Positions 47,311 through 58,400 of a stretch of 64,000 bases of DNA are shown in pieces. The stretch's first letter is position 1; each line of letters starts with the position of its first letter. The DNA is taken from contig OZ244170.1 of assembly GCA_965216565.1 (NCBI GenBank), forward strand, positions 480,001-544,000. The letters are read 5' to 3'. The translations under genes were made by a program, and so were the position numbers. Under the pieces are notes generated by a model. That model searched no databases and had not been told where the DNA came from. It saw nothing but the letters and a program-made list of their open reading frames with translations. The DNA is from Bythopirellula sp. GTDB lineage: Bacteria; Planctomycetota; Planctomycetia; Pirellulales; Lacipirellulaceae.

Positions 47311-48464
47311 TGCAGACGAACCTGGTACAGTCGAATGAGGATCTTGCACATCAAATCAAGACGCTGCAAGAGTTGTTGGGACAAGCTCAGATTCTGGGTG
47401 CTCTTTCAGGTTATCGAAGTGAGATCGAAGCAGTTTGCGAGAGATTGCGACGGCAGGTCAAGCGTAACTTAAAGGATTTGTCTTACGACCACCCAGACAT
47501 TCTAGAAAACGTTCTTCGTCAAACTCAGCGAGTGATGAATGAATTGGAAATCCTCAACGTCCTCTACGTTGGGCCGCTGTTGCGATGCAGGGAAGAGGAT
47601 CATCTGGCCCTCGGTGTACTTCGGTGGTTGCATGAAGAACACCCAAAGACCCTAACGAGGTCATTTGCGCTCTCAGACGGTCAGTTTGCAATTTACCCGC
47701 ACCCAGATTTGCCGTCGGTGTACTACCTGCCATGCTCAAGGCAGCGAACACTCCTCTATCTCCCGCTGCTGTTTCACGAGTTTGGGCATTTACTTTATGC
47801 CATTCATAAGCCAGAGATGGACGAGCTGGTAGAGGAGTTTCAGCGAGACGTCTACAACGTGCTCGCCCCCATGACAGTGCGGCGAGGGCCTGCCGCTGAA
47901 CAACAGGACGTGTTTCGTGAGCAGGTGGTGCTTGCGTATTATGAATGGCTACAAGAGTTCTACTGTGATGCAGTAGGTTTGCAAATCGGTGGACCATGTT
48001 ATCTTGAAGCCTTCACCAATTACTTTCGACTTCAGGGAAGTCGGGAGTTCTACGTAGCGCGAGATGATCAGATTGAGCGTAGTCATCCTGTTGGCTGGTT
48101 GCGCGTAAGATCGCTCATCTACCGAAGCAGGAAATTGGGTCTGGGTGAAGTAGTTGACAAGGTAGAACGTGCATGGCTGCAGACGGCGGCATTGATGAAT
48201 ATGAAAGAGGACTATGAAGGAACGTGGTCTGAGGATTTATTTGCGTCGTTGCAGCGAACATTAGACGACATGCTCGTGGAAACGTCCCCACGCGAGTTTC
48301 TTGCTTCTGAGACACAAGATGATAGTGAACTTGATAACTCGGTAACTCCTGTTGCACTGCTGAATCGTGCTTGGTCTAAGTTTAAGAAAGAACCAGACGA
48401 GTACGCTGTCTTTGAGCAGAGTCTTATTGCAAAGTATCGACGCGGGGCGGATTGGTCGCGGTAG
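47310..48464 (+). CDS. HEXXH putative zinc metalloprotease (gluzincin; Lit/U49- or M48-like)
   Basis: LLFHEFGHLLY, downstream EFYCD and SHP...R motifs; no signal peptide. Confidence 0.7.
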   Translation: MQTNLVQSNEDLAHQIKTLQELLGQAQILGALSGYRSEIEAVCERLRRQVKRNLKDLSYDHPDILENVLRQTQRVMNELEILNVLYVGPLLRCREEDHLALGVLRWLHEEHPKTLTRSFALSDGQFAIYPHPDLPSVYYLPCSRQRTLLYLPLLFHEFGHLLYAIHKPEMDELVEEFQRDVYNVLAPMTVRRGPAAEQQDVFREQVVLAYYEWLQEFYCDAVGLQIGGPCYLEAFTNYFRLQGSREFYVARDDQIERSHPVGWLRVRSLIYRSRKLGLGEVVDKVERAWLQTAALMNMKEDYEGTWSEDLFASLQRTLDDMLVETSPREFLASETQDDSELDNSVTPVALLNRAWSKFKKEPDEYAVFEQSLIAKYRRGADWSR

Positions 48465-48615
48465 AATAGATATGACGTCGAGGCACCCTGAGGAGCTGGG
48501 TCAACTGGGTGCGAATTTGTTGCAACTCTATGGCTTGTTGTGATCTAGAGCACCGGGGCTCATGTGGGGGATTCGACGAGCGCAATACAGGCTTTTTCTT
48601 CCGCACTTTAACCGT

Positions 48616-49137
48616 TCACTCAGGAGGCTGGCCTGCGTTTATTGCAGCTATCGATTCGCTCGCAGCGTCTTCCAAGCGGGCCATCAACATATCGCCAGAT
48701 GTTGGGTCACTGATCCGAAACAACTCTTGTCCATCGGCAAAGGCGACGTATGTGGGACAGACTGTGATGCCCAACTGATTCACGAGCTGCCGCTCATAGT
48801 TAAGATTAAGCCGGCACACTTCAGCCCTGCCGTTCAAGTCTGTCACCAAAGACTCAATCTGAGGTCGCATTTTGTCGCAACGGGCACAACCAATTGGCAC
48901 GCTGAACTCAGCAAGGACAGGCCGAGAGGAGTTGTTAAGTAACTTAGTAAACTCTTGCGATGTGACGTAAGGTACTAAGTCTGTTTCGAGAGCGGCTTGC
49001 GTGGAAACAGAATTAGTGCAGCCTGTTAGTGCAATCACACAGCACGAAACGACTAACGGAACAATGGCGCTTGCAACTGTAAGTATCTTGACGTTCATGA
49101 GTGTCCTCATTGCTTTGTATAGAGCCTCAACATACAA
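48616..49137 (-). CDS. Thioredoxin-like exported protein
   Basis: PVLAEFSVPIGCARCDKMRP, GITVCPTYVAFADGQE; hydrophobic N-terminus with LTGC; start uncertain. Confidence 0.8.
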   Translation of the reverse strand: MYVEALYKAMRTLMNVKILTVASAIVPLVVSCCVIALTGCTNSVSTQAALETDLVPYVTSQEFTKLLNNSSRPVLAEFSVPIGCARCDKMRPQIESLVTDLNGRAEVCRLNLNYERQLVNQLGITVCPTYVAFADGQELFRISDPTSGDMLMARLEDAASESIAAINAGQPPE

Positions 49138-49490
49138 GTTGCATCACTTCTTTGGCGACGATCGTAACCAAGGTTCTCTGGTTATAATGTGCCGGTGTGA
49201 TATCGCCGCTCACGACCTCCATTCTATACGTTTGCAGGGCCTGAGCACCTTGAAATTCTTAAGCAGATAGCATTCAAGACACATTCCTTAGTCGGACGGG
49301 CTGGCGAATTCTCATCTCCCCTGTCACATTCGGCTCCCGCCAATGCTGAAAGTGGCTGACTCTCCACAGAGATATCCGTGATAACTCATCTTTAGCTCAC
49401 GATTCACGGGTGACTCAACTCGTCCGTGAGTATTCAGACCACAGAAGGGGATTCACTTAGAGAATTTCTGTTTTGAAACTGCTATTTCAT

Positions 49491-49509
49491 TATACCCCAA
49501 AGGGGTATA
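49491..49509 (+). promoter_or_regulatory. CsoR-type operator upstream of the copper ATPase
   Basis: Palindrome TATACCCC-AAA-GGGGTATA (C/G-tract type typical of CsoR/RcnR sites), overlapping a TATGAT -10-like hexamer; csoR lies downstream. Confidence 0.82.
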
Positions 49510-49550
49510 TGATGGTAGTGAAAGTTAATCTATTCGAGGGTCAAGAGATC

Positions 49551-51905
49551 ATGAACCAGGTAATAGACCCAATCTGCGGCATGGAAGTTGATACGAAGAC
49601 GGCAATCTCATTCAAAACGGAGTCGGCAACTCACTATTTTTGCAGCGCTAACTGCCGCGATCGCTTTGCTCACCAGATGGAAAATCCTGGTAGCGAGCCG
49701 CTGCCTGTTGGAACTGATGCCGCAAGACAAACGCACGACTGCTGCCATAATGAGCCACGCCGTGACGGATCGATAATCGGTAAGTCGGGCGATGGTCGTA
49801 TCTACATGTGCCCAATGCACCCTGAGGTGGAGCAAGTCGGTCCAGGGATCTGTCCTAAGTGCGGGATGGATCTAGAACCGAAGACAATCGCGTTAGACGA
49901 GGATGATGACGGTTCCGAATCAGACATGGCTCGACGATTCTGGGTCGGCGTTGCACTTAGTTTGCCACTGCTGTTGCTAACGATGGGCCCTATGGTAGGT
50001 CTTTCAAGTCGCGATTGGTTTTCACCTGCTGTCGAAGGTTGGCTGCAACTGTTGTTAGCAACGCCGGTCGTATTTTGGAGCGGTTGGCCTCTGTTGGTTC
50101 GTGGTTGGCAGTCGGTAGGTCATCGCAGCCCGAATATGTTCACGCTAATTGCGATCGGAACACTGACCGCGTACGCATTCAGCGTATTCGCGGTTGTATT
50201 GCCGTCCTTAATCCCAGAAGCGTTTTACGAAGACGGCCGTGCGCCACTCTATTTCGAAGCTGCTGCCGTCATAATCACGCTTGTGTTGCTGGGACAAGTG
50301 CTCGAACTGAGGGCGCGTAAGCGAACAAGTGGTGCGATTCGCGAACTTCTGGAACTAGCACCGGAGATAGCCCATCGTGTCACTGACGGTAGCGAGGAAG
50401 ATATTTCACTGGACCTTGTGCATGCTGGTGACCTCCTTAGGGTTCGGCCCGGTGAAAAGACGCCCGTTGACGGAGTTGTGCGCGAAGGGAACAGTTCAGT
50501 TGACGAATCGATGTTGACAGGGGAACCCATTCCCGTCGAGAAACAACCAGGTGACAACGTGGTCGCCGGGACGCTAAATCAGACCGGAACACTACTGATT
50601 GAGGCCGAGCAGGTTGGGTCAGAGACAGTGCTTAGCCGTATCGTCGATTTGGTAGCGACAGCCCAGCGGAGTCGTGCACCGATCCAAAGACTTGTCGACG
50701 TTGTAGCTGCTTGGTTCGTGCCGGCCGTGGTCATTATAGCTTTGGCTGCCTTTTTTGCATGGGCAACGATCGGTCCCGAACCGCGTTTAGCACACGCTTT
50801 GCTCGCAGCCGTATCGGTACTCATCATTGCCTGTCCATGTGCTTTAGGGCTTGCAACACCAATGTCGATTATGGTCGGCGTCGGACGCGGTGCCCGTGAG
50901 GGTGTATTGATCAAAGATGCACAGGTGCTAGAGACACTGGAGAAGGTCGACACAATCGTAGTCGACAAGACTGGGACACTGACCGAGGGCCGTCCGAAAG
51001 TGGCGAGAGTTGTTCCGTCACAAGACGGTGGCGAGGAAATTCTACTTGGATTGGCGGCAGCGGTTGAGCGCTACAGCGAACATCCCTTAGCCAGGGCAAT
51101 CATTGAGGATGCTCGTGAACATGGCATTGAAATAGCTGAGGCGACGAACTTTCGTAGCACAACTGGCGGAGGCGTTGTGGCGAAAGTGGACGGGCAGCGA
51201 ATCAGAATAGGAAAACGTGACCATGTCACAGAAATAGGATCGAACCCGATTGCGGGATTGGACAAGATAAGTGAGTCGCTACAGTCAGAAGGGCGAACAG
51301 TCGTCTTCGTTGGTTCCGACGAAACGGTGCTAGGAATAATCGCTATCTCAGACCCTATTAAAAAGACCACTCCTGATGCAATTGCCCGACTGCACGACAT
51401 GGGGATGACGCTGGTGATGCTGACAGGTGACGCTGAGGCGACTGCGTCTTCAGTCGCTTGCGAACTCGGCATCGACGAATTCTCTGCCGGCGTCTCACCA
51501 GAGGACAAACACGACTATGTTCGTAGGCTTCGCGATCAGGGTCGTGTCGTCGCAATGGCTGGTGATGGCATCAATGACGCCCCAGCATTGGCGGCAGCCG
51601 ACGTTGGCGTGGCCATGGGGACTGGAAGCGACGTAGCCATTGAATCCGCTGGTGTGACGTTGGTGGGGGGGGACTTAAGGGGTGTTGTCAAAGCCGCAGA
51701 GTTAAGCCGAACTACAATGAGAAACATCCGACAGAACCTCGTGTTCGCGTTCGGATATAACGCGCTCGGAGTTCCCATTGCGGCCGGTGTGCTGTACCCA
51801 GTTTTAGGTTGGTTGCTCAGTCCGATGATTGCAGCTGCAGCCATGAGTGCGAGTAGCATTTCAGTCATCGGGAACGCTTTAAGATTGCGGTCTATCAGGT
51901 TTTGA
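49551..51905 (+). CDS. copA: Cu(I)-translocating P1B-type ATPase with YHS and heavy-metal-binding domains
   Basis: DPICGM...YFCSANC; YMCPMHP...CPKCGM; TGE, CPC, DKTGT, HP, GDGIND, YN and MSASS. Confidence 0.93.
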   Translation: MNQVIDPICGMEVDTKTAISFKTESATHYFCSANCRDRFAHQMENPGSEPLPVGTDAARQTHDCCHNEPRRDGSIIGKSGDGRIYMCPMHPEVEQVGPGICPKCGMDLEPKTIALDEDDDGSESDMARRFWVGVALSLPLLLLTMGPMVGLSSRDWFSPAVEGWLQLLLATPVVFWSGWPLLVRGWQSVGHRSPNMFTLIAIGTLTAYAFSVFAVVLPSLIPEAFYEDGRAPLYFEAAAVIITLVLLGQVLELRARKRTSGAIRELLELAPEIAHRVTDGSEEDISLDLVHAGDLLRVRPGEKTPVDGVVREGNSSVDESMLTGEPIPVEKQPGDNVVAGTLNQTGTLLIEAEQVGSETVLSRIVDLVATAQRSRAPIQRLVDVVAAWFVPAVVIIALAAFFAWATIGPEPRLAHALLAAVSVLIIACPCALGLATPMSIMVGVGRGAREGVLIKDAQVLETLEKVDTIVVDKTGTLTEGRPKVARVVPSQDGGEEILLGLAAAVERYSEHPLARAIIEDAREHGIEIAEATNFRSTTGGGVVAKVDGQRIRIGKRDHVTEIGSNPIAGLDKISESLQSEGRTVVFVGSDETVLGIIAISDPIKKTTPDAIARLHDMGMTLVMLTGDAEATASSVACELGIDEFSAGVSPEDKHDYVRRLRDQGRVVAMAGDGINDAPALAAADVGVAMGTGSDVAIESAGVTLVGGDLRGVVKAAELSRTTMRNIRQNLVFAFGYNALGVPIAAGVLYPVLGWLLSPMIAAAAMSASSISVIGNALRLRSIRF

Positions 51906-52037
51906 TTATGTGTAACTTGATTCTGGGTATGACAGTCCAGTGCCGATTTACAATGCTAGGGACATATAAACTTTGCTGATGAATTAGGGTGAATAGGAAC
52001 CCACTAACAAGGCAGCGAAATTACTCGCTGACAGTCG

Positions 52038-52325
52038 ATGCTTACAGATGATCAAAAAACGAAGCTCGCTAATCGGTTAAGCCGGATCGCAGGCCAAGTC
52101 TCCGCCGTTCAACGGATGATTGAGGAAGACGAATACTGCATTGACATCTTGATGCAAATAGCTGCTGCAAATGGAGCATTAGGTAAAGTTGGGCAGATCA
52201 TCTTAGAAAGCCACCTCCAATCGTGCGTTACTAATGCTATGAGAAGTGGCAACGCTAAAGAGCGACAAGAAAAACTTAATGAGTTAATCAAGGTTTTCAA
52301 TAAGTATGCACGGATAGCGAATTAA
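52038..52325 (+). CDS. csoR: CsoR/RcnR-family metal-sensing repressor
   Basis: RLSRIAGQV...YCIDILMQ...ESHLQSCV (C-H-C ligand set). Confidence 0.88.
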   Translation: MLTDDQKTKLANRLSRIAGQVSAVQRMIEEDEYCIDILMQIAAANGALGKVGQIILESHLQSCVTNAMRSGNAKERQEKLNELIKVFNKYARIAN

Positions 52326-52469
52326 GCTACAACTCCTTCAAACAATGACAATTCAACGACTTAGCATGGCCCTGCTGCGGGTAGACTTGCGCGCGTTGCC
52401 ATGTTGTTTCTAAGATGCACACGAGTTAGTTTCTTGAGCTGAGAGTGAGCTGAGAAAAGGAGTTTTTAT

Positions 52470-53915
52470 TTGGAGAAGTGTAAAAAGAGAGTAGCCGTCC
52501 GGTTGTTTACTGCAACTGTGGGCATCACATTCTTGGTCAGCTGTCGATTGACGCCCGCCCCATCTTTCAGCGCTGCAGCCCATCCAAGTTTCGATCGTTT
52601 GACATGGAAAAGCGGCACCGTTGAAATATCTGAGTTCGACAGGTCCAACGGTAACGAGCGTACTGGCAACGATCAGTTTCCTGTCGTGTCCAACTCCTCT
52701 AAACAGCTACCTCCCCAGCCAGTAGAGCACTTCATCGAAGTTGCCAAGACCGGGCATCCTCGCATACTCTCCGCTCGTGCACGGGTTTCAGCAGCGGCTA
52801 GCCGTGTCCCTCAGGTGCGCGCACTGGACGACCCCATGTTATCGAACAACTTTTACCCGATCTCGAATCAGGCGTTGCAAACGGCGTCGGGCCGTGCGGG
52901 TAACACGTTGTCGATTTCCCAGAAGTTCCCATGGCCTGAGAAACGCTGGACGAAAGCAGCAATTGCTGGACGTGAGATTCAGATTGCTAGGGCGAAACTA
53001 GCTCAAGTCGAACTGGAGATAGAAGAGCTTGTTCGTTTGGCTTACTACGAGCTCTGGTTCGCAGATAGAGCAATCGAAATCATGGAACACAATCGGTATA
53101 TTGCCTTGGAACTTGTCGCACTCGCAGGAGCTCGCAACGCTGCTGGTGGAAGCCAACAGGATGTGCTGCGTGCCGAACTGCAGCTCGGATCATTGGACGA
53201 TAGGCTAATAAAACTGCGTCTTCAAAAAGCAGTTGCACAGGCCGATTTAGCTGCTCTGACTCAACGACCGGGACTGACTGGCATTGAGCCGACTTCTGAC
53301 ATCAACGCGAACCAAATTACAGAGCGTCAAGATAAGCTCTTCGCGTTGGCAGAAGAGTGCAATCCGCGTCTCCGCGAACGGCAATGGGCAGTTTCACGCG
53401 ACCACCAGAAACGTCGTCTGGCTAATCTAGGCAGCTATCCAGACTTCATATTAGGCACTGGCTGGCAGACTGTAACTGAGAGCGACGCGGTGTCGCCGGT
53501 TGCTGACGGTCACGACAACGTCAGTTTTATGGTCGGCATTACACTGCCCCTGTGGAACAGTCGGACCGATGCTGCGATTCGAGAAGCCACTGCCCAGACC
53601 TCCGCATCATCTCGAGAGATGAATGACGCTCAAGATGATACCTTTCGGCAGATACGCCGCCTGAGAGAACGAGCTCGCGCATTCAATGAGCAACTACAAA
53701 TCTATGACAATCGCATATTGCCCCATGCTAAACGAGCACTGAAGCTTGCTTCGGCCGATTACCAGGGGCAACTCGTTGATTTTGGTGAAGTGGCTGACGG
53801 GTTTACAGATGTGCTAATGTTCGAGCTACAAGTGGCGAGAACCAAAGCCACGTTGGCGGGTACAATGGCCCAGTTATACCGAGCTGTGGGCTGTGAGGTT
53901 GGCACCGCTAGTTAG
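52470..53915 (+). CDS. TolC-family outer membrane efflux protein (copy 2)
   Basis: LDDPML, VRLAYYELWF, SQQDVLRAEL; paralog of 32398..33840; start uncertain. Confidence 0.88.
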   Translation: MEKCKKRVAVRLFTATVGITFLVSCRLTPAPSFSAAAHPSFDRLTWKSGTVEISEFDRSNGNERTGNDQFPVVSNSSKQLPPQPVEHFIEVAKTGHPRILSARARVSAAASRVPQVRALDDPMLSNNFYPISNQALQTASGRAGNTLSISQKFPWPEKRWTKAAIAGREIQIARAKLAQVELEIEELVRLAYYELWFADRAIEIMEHNRYIALELVALAGARNAAGGSQQDVLRAELQLGSLDDRLIKLRLQKAVAQADLAALTQRPGLTGIEPTSDINANQITERQDKLFALAEECNPRLRERQWAVSRDHQKRRLANLGSYPDFILGTGWQTVTESDAVSPVADGHDNVSFMVGITLPLWNSRTDAAIREATAQTSASSREMNDAQDDTFRQIRRLRERARAFNEQLQIYDNRILPHAKRALKLASADYQGQLVDFGEVADGFTDVLMFELQVARTKATLAGTMAQLYRAVGCEVGTAS

Positions 53916-54355
53916 TAAAGTGGTTGGTAACGCAATGGTCGGTAAGCCGGTAATCATTTTGTTGAGTAGCAGTGCTATTAGTGAATGATTCCCCCTGAAT
54001 CCCACAGAGCCAGGAGGGTTCTCTGGTAGGATGGTTTACCGGGCCTGGCCTTTGCAAGAGTAAAGTTGCAGCGACATAGCTTACTTGTGATTAACTTCCA
54101 TGCCACATGTGCGGTTAACCTTCCCATGCCGTATTTGAAAAGTAGCAACGAGATCCTCTTGTCCATTGGTGGTGAGTCCATTTCAAACAAGTCCTGTTGA
54201 TGACCATGCAACAAGCAAAGTAAAAAGCATGATAAGTATGACAATGAATCGAGGCCTAACTCTTGTAGTTCTTAGGCGGCAGTGTCGCTGCTTAACTAAC
54301 AACCTACATGCGTTTGCGAAATTTCGTTTTCTCATTTCTTACCCCTCTCTTATTT

Positions 54356-54661
54356 TCACTGAAGTAGAACTCCAAACCTTCGTTCAAGTGCAGCGAGACG
54401 ACGATGCTCTTCGTACTCTAGTTCGATTGACCTAACGCGGTTACTCTCAATAGTTAGACGTGTGGCTAGTTGGGTCACCTTTATTTGAGAGCGTATCAGT
54501 ATTGCGAGGACGCACGTTATGACACAACCCGCAAGAATCGATGCTGTTGCAATAGAGTAAGCTGTGGCCACGCGATAGAGCACACTTCCAAGTAGAGTTG
54601 CTCCAATAGGCGACCCAAAGAATTGTATCAGCTTACTTTTTTTCTTCACCCTATGCCGCAT
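54356..54661 (-). CDS. Small two-TM hypothetical protein
   Basis: Two hydrophobic segments and a charged tail; overlaps the upstream gene by 11 bp. Confidence 0.45.
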   Translation of the reverse strand: MRHRVKKKSKLIQFFGSPIGATLLGSVLYRVATAYSIATASILAGCVITCVLAILIRSQIKVTQLATRLTIESNRVRSIELEYEEHRRLAALERRFGVLLQ

Positions 54662-55028
54662 CCCTGACTATGAGTTCTGTAGGTTTGACTGCATCTTTAT
54701 TACCAACAGCATTTGCAGAGTGCTTGGTATGCTCCTTTTGGACCTCTTGGATAGCTAATTCAGGATGTGCCTGATGTCGTTCTATGAAATCACACGCTTC
54801 ATCTATCGCTTTGTGGAGACTTCCTCGATTACGAGCTAAGAAGCGTTGTGGCAACCTAATTTTACCTTTGTGCTTTGATTGATGAACTCTATGCAAGGTG
54901 AAGTCGAGATACGTGAAGCCTCCATTAGTCTCTTTTAGAGAAACAAGTGCAAGAACGTCTTTGCAGTCCATAGGCATTTCATTATTGCTGCTATTGTTAG
55001 TCTTTACTTTCCTTACTTTCGATGACAT
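54651..55028 (-). CDS. Hypothetical protein
   Basis: AGGAGG RBS before ATG 55028 (MSSKVRK...). Confidence 0.6.
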   Translation of the reverse strand: MSSKVRKVKTNNSSNNEMPMDCKDVLALVSLKETNGGFTYLDFTLHRVHQSKHKGKIRLPQRFLARNRGSLHKAIDEACDFIERHQAHPELAIQEVQKEHTKHSANAVGNKDAVKPTELIVRDAA

Positions 55029-55200
55029 TGCACCTTCCTCCTGTAAAAAGTTTCGCATGTTGTGGTGGAGGTGGATGGTGATGTTGCATAGCAGGTGAGT
55101 AAATCGAAAGTTTGCCTGTGGATCGCAACACCTACTTAGGATGATGCGGCGAGTTCTAATACTGCACATGAATGAGCATTCGGAAGGTGGCACGCTAGTG

Positions 55201-55281
55201 CGTGCCGCAACAACCATAAATTGGGCAACACCCAATAAAGGAATCTACAAGCGACGCCGCTTTCGCGGTTGTTGCGGCACG
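55201..55281. repeat. Perfect 15-bp inverted repeat in a divergent intergenic region
   Basis: CGTGCCGCAACAACC (55201-55215) and GGTTGTTGCGGCACG (55267-55281). Confidence 0.75.
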
Positions 55282-55351
55282 TCGCCTTAAGCGACACAAA
55301 GCCAAGGATGCACATAACATGGGCTCATTGGCTTTCTGCTGAATGAGTTGT

Positions 55352-55379
55352 TTGAAGGAAGTGAATTGAGCTGTATAAT
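55352..55379 (+). promoter_or_regulatory. Putative sigma70 promoter for the large acidic protein
   Basis: TTGAAG, 16-bp spacer, TATAAT; about 45 bp upstream of ATG 55425. Confidence 0.45.
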
Positions 55380-55424
55380 CGATTGCTCGATTTTGTAACT
55401 CCTCACATGTCCTGGGTGGGTGCC

Positions 55425-58400
55425 ATGCCCGACCATCCAACAAACTACTCTGACGCAGAGCTAATACAGACGTTTCCACTAGGTTCTGAGAACAAGTGTT
55501 TCTTGTGGAAACGATCTGAAGTAGCTGATTCAAGGAGCGGTATCACATTCGCCGAATCGTGGTACGAGCTAACCTTCGGTGACTCGATTCCGAGCCGCTC
55601 CTCTTACCTTGAGGACCTAGAACTAACGGACCTTGACTCCGAAGAGGCAAACTTAGGGAGCCAGGCGTTGCACCAGGTAGATGCAAAGCTTGGTGTCATA
55701 TCAGCCTTTGAATGGATTGCGAATCACCCTCTAAATTTTCTTCACCCACCAATTGGTGATAGTCGAAAGGCAGAGTTACGCCCTCAAGATTTGGGTGTAC
55801 TAAGCCTTGAGGAGCAAGCCAGAGTAAACTTACCTGCTGAGCAGTTAGAGGTCGTACATGAAGGTGAGCCAATAGAAATGCCTTGGCAACGTCCCGACTC
55901 AGAGCTTGCCCACGAGGTCACATTTACAGAAGGCCGCAATTGTTATGTCTGGAAGTGTTGGGAGCATAAGACGCTAAATGAACACGGAGAACTGGGGGCT
56001 TATTGCTGGTACGAGCTAACCTATGGCTATAAGCCCTTTGAGTCGATTTACTCTGAGTTCGCAAGCGAACTATCTGAGAGATTTAGTGACAAAATTCTAG
56101 AGCTGGGTGCAACCGAATCGAACAGGTGGATTAGACGTCATTCAACACCTGCCCTATATCCAATTCAGCAACACCAGAACCGAGAGCATGCAACACTAAA
56201 TCGTGCAGAAGACATTTCTCATATCCGAAAAGATCCTGAGTACGTCATTAAACATATGACGATTGACGGTAAGTGGGTAGATGTTGCTGGTGATGTAAAT
56301 CGAAACGAAGCTATTAGAAAATCCATCGAATATGTGCTGGCTCAAACCATAGCTACTGGTGAAGTCCCTTTGATGCATGTTGCTTATGGAGGTGGGACTC
56401 CAGAAGAAATGGTGGAAGGAAAAGAGCTACTAAAACATATTGAGCTTGATGCTCTTGGCCCTAAAGAGAGAGCGGCATTTAGCATTCTTGAGACACATCG
56501 AGGAGAGATAGAACAAGGGGATGGACCCACATCAGAGAAGACGTTTTTCCTTAACCTTGCTCTCGACTCAGACAATCACATATCAATTCTAAGCTATGAG
56601 ACTGAGCAGCGTTGCCTCTCATATGGGGCCCAACTCTACGCTGCACATACACTAGAGTTTGACCGGGAGCCTGCTCTTTATCTCTCCGAAGAGCCGGAAG
56701 GTCGCGGGGTTCTTATTCCAAGAGATATTCTATTAGAGAATTTAAGACATTTACCACTTTCCGAGGATATGGAACGTCTTCTCTCAGTAACCCTTGCTGA
56801 CCGTTCTGAAGAGCATAAGTTCCACGCAACAACGCTTGATAGTGCGATAGAAGACTCTAGGCTTAGTCCGACAGATGAGAATTATGACGTTGGAGCACAG
56901 CATACGATTGAAGTTAACAGGGACTTGCTTTGTTTGATTGATCGCCATGATGTACCTGAGGTGAAACCTGCCTATGTGGTCTCTTTCTTTAATCCAAGAG
57001 AAGGCTACCCAGAGGCAGTGAATGGTGGGCATCCAGACGTAAAGAAAGCTATTGAGCTTGCTGAGCGATGGATAGGTAGTGACGCGGCACAGGAGGTTCT
57101 GGCAGGACCACCTGACGCCACTTATGAGACAACTAGAGAGCATGTTGACGATTCACGAACTCACGACGCACAAGTTCCACCGGAATCAACTCACTCCCCC
57201 ACCCTCTGGCCAATCTTAAGACCAGAACAAGATGCTGAACCAAGCCTTTCAAACCCACTCGTTGGGTACATTTCAAGTGACAAATTAGAAGAAGCACAGC
57301 AGATTCTTCCAGAAGCTCTTGGCTACGAAGAGCACGCTCAAGCGTTCCCTGAGCCTGAGCACTACCAAGCAATTACAGATAGAGTTCAGCCGTACGTTCT
57401 TTGGACAGTGAATGAGCAAGGCTTAGCAACCAGTTATACGAGTGCGGAAGATTTACTCTCAGTTACCGATGTACACGAACGGTACCTTGATAACTGGTCA
57501 AAGGTAGAGCATGAGGAGGGTGTTAGTTGTCCAGCCCTAGTGATTACTCAATGGGACTTTGCCCGGGGTCGGCCAACTGAGATTCAACTAGAAGAGGTCC
57601 AAGACCAGCACGAGCACAAAGAGTTTGATGAATCAGTGCTTGGACGGCACGTTCCTGAGTCTGAGATTGAGGCAGCAAGAGAACGTACGAGGCCCCTTGA
57701 GGAGAGACTTGGGAGCTTTCAGCAGACCCAGGAGCCGGGCCAAGTAACTTATCGGTTTGCGGTGTGGGAGCAAAATGAGAATGGCACAGTTACCTGTCGC
57801 AGCCATTCTGCTGACTACGACGATATAAAGTCTCAAGCCGTTGACTACGCACTTGAAGAGCGAAGAGTGGGACGCCCTCTGCCGTCACTGCTACTAACAG
57901 AACTACGTACAGATAAAGAGCCGCCATCTCAAGAAATCACGATGGAGAATCTTTCTGAGATTAGTCGTCCGCTTAATTTCGATCTCGATCAAGAGATTGA
58001 AGCCCAACATCCTGTAGCTGAATTTTCTCGACCGGAACCAAGAGACGCCCCACCCTATCGCTACGTTCGCCTTCAAGCTGACCGCGAAGTTAAGCCAGGA
58101 GATTATCTGGCCGTAGAGCGTGTTGGAAGTGAGCGAGAAGAAGTTGGTTTTTTTCGAGTTGATGGAGTAAGTGATCGAGAGCTACTACGGATTGAGTCTA
58201 AATGGGCTTTACTTAACGCTGAGACGAATCAGGTTCACTCAGTACACGATGAATTTGACGTTGCCAAAGTTACTCTAGACTCCCTAAATGATGCGTATCA
58301 TCAAGAGATAAATGAACTAAGAAACCAAGAATTACCGGGAATTCCACATAGGGAGCAAGAGTTACCACGTGACTATGAGCCGATTGATCAAGTGCGAATG

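Noticed and set aside
49473..49550. N-terminal extension of the copper ATPase in the ORF track
   Set aside because: It spans the CsoR operator and promoter; ATG 49551 begins the YHS domain
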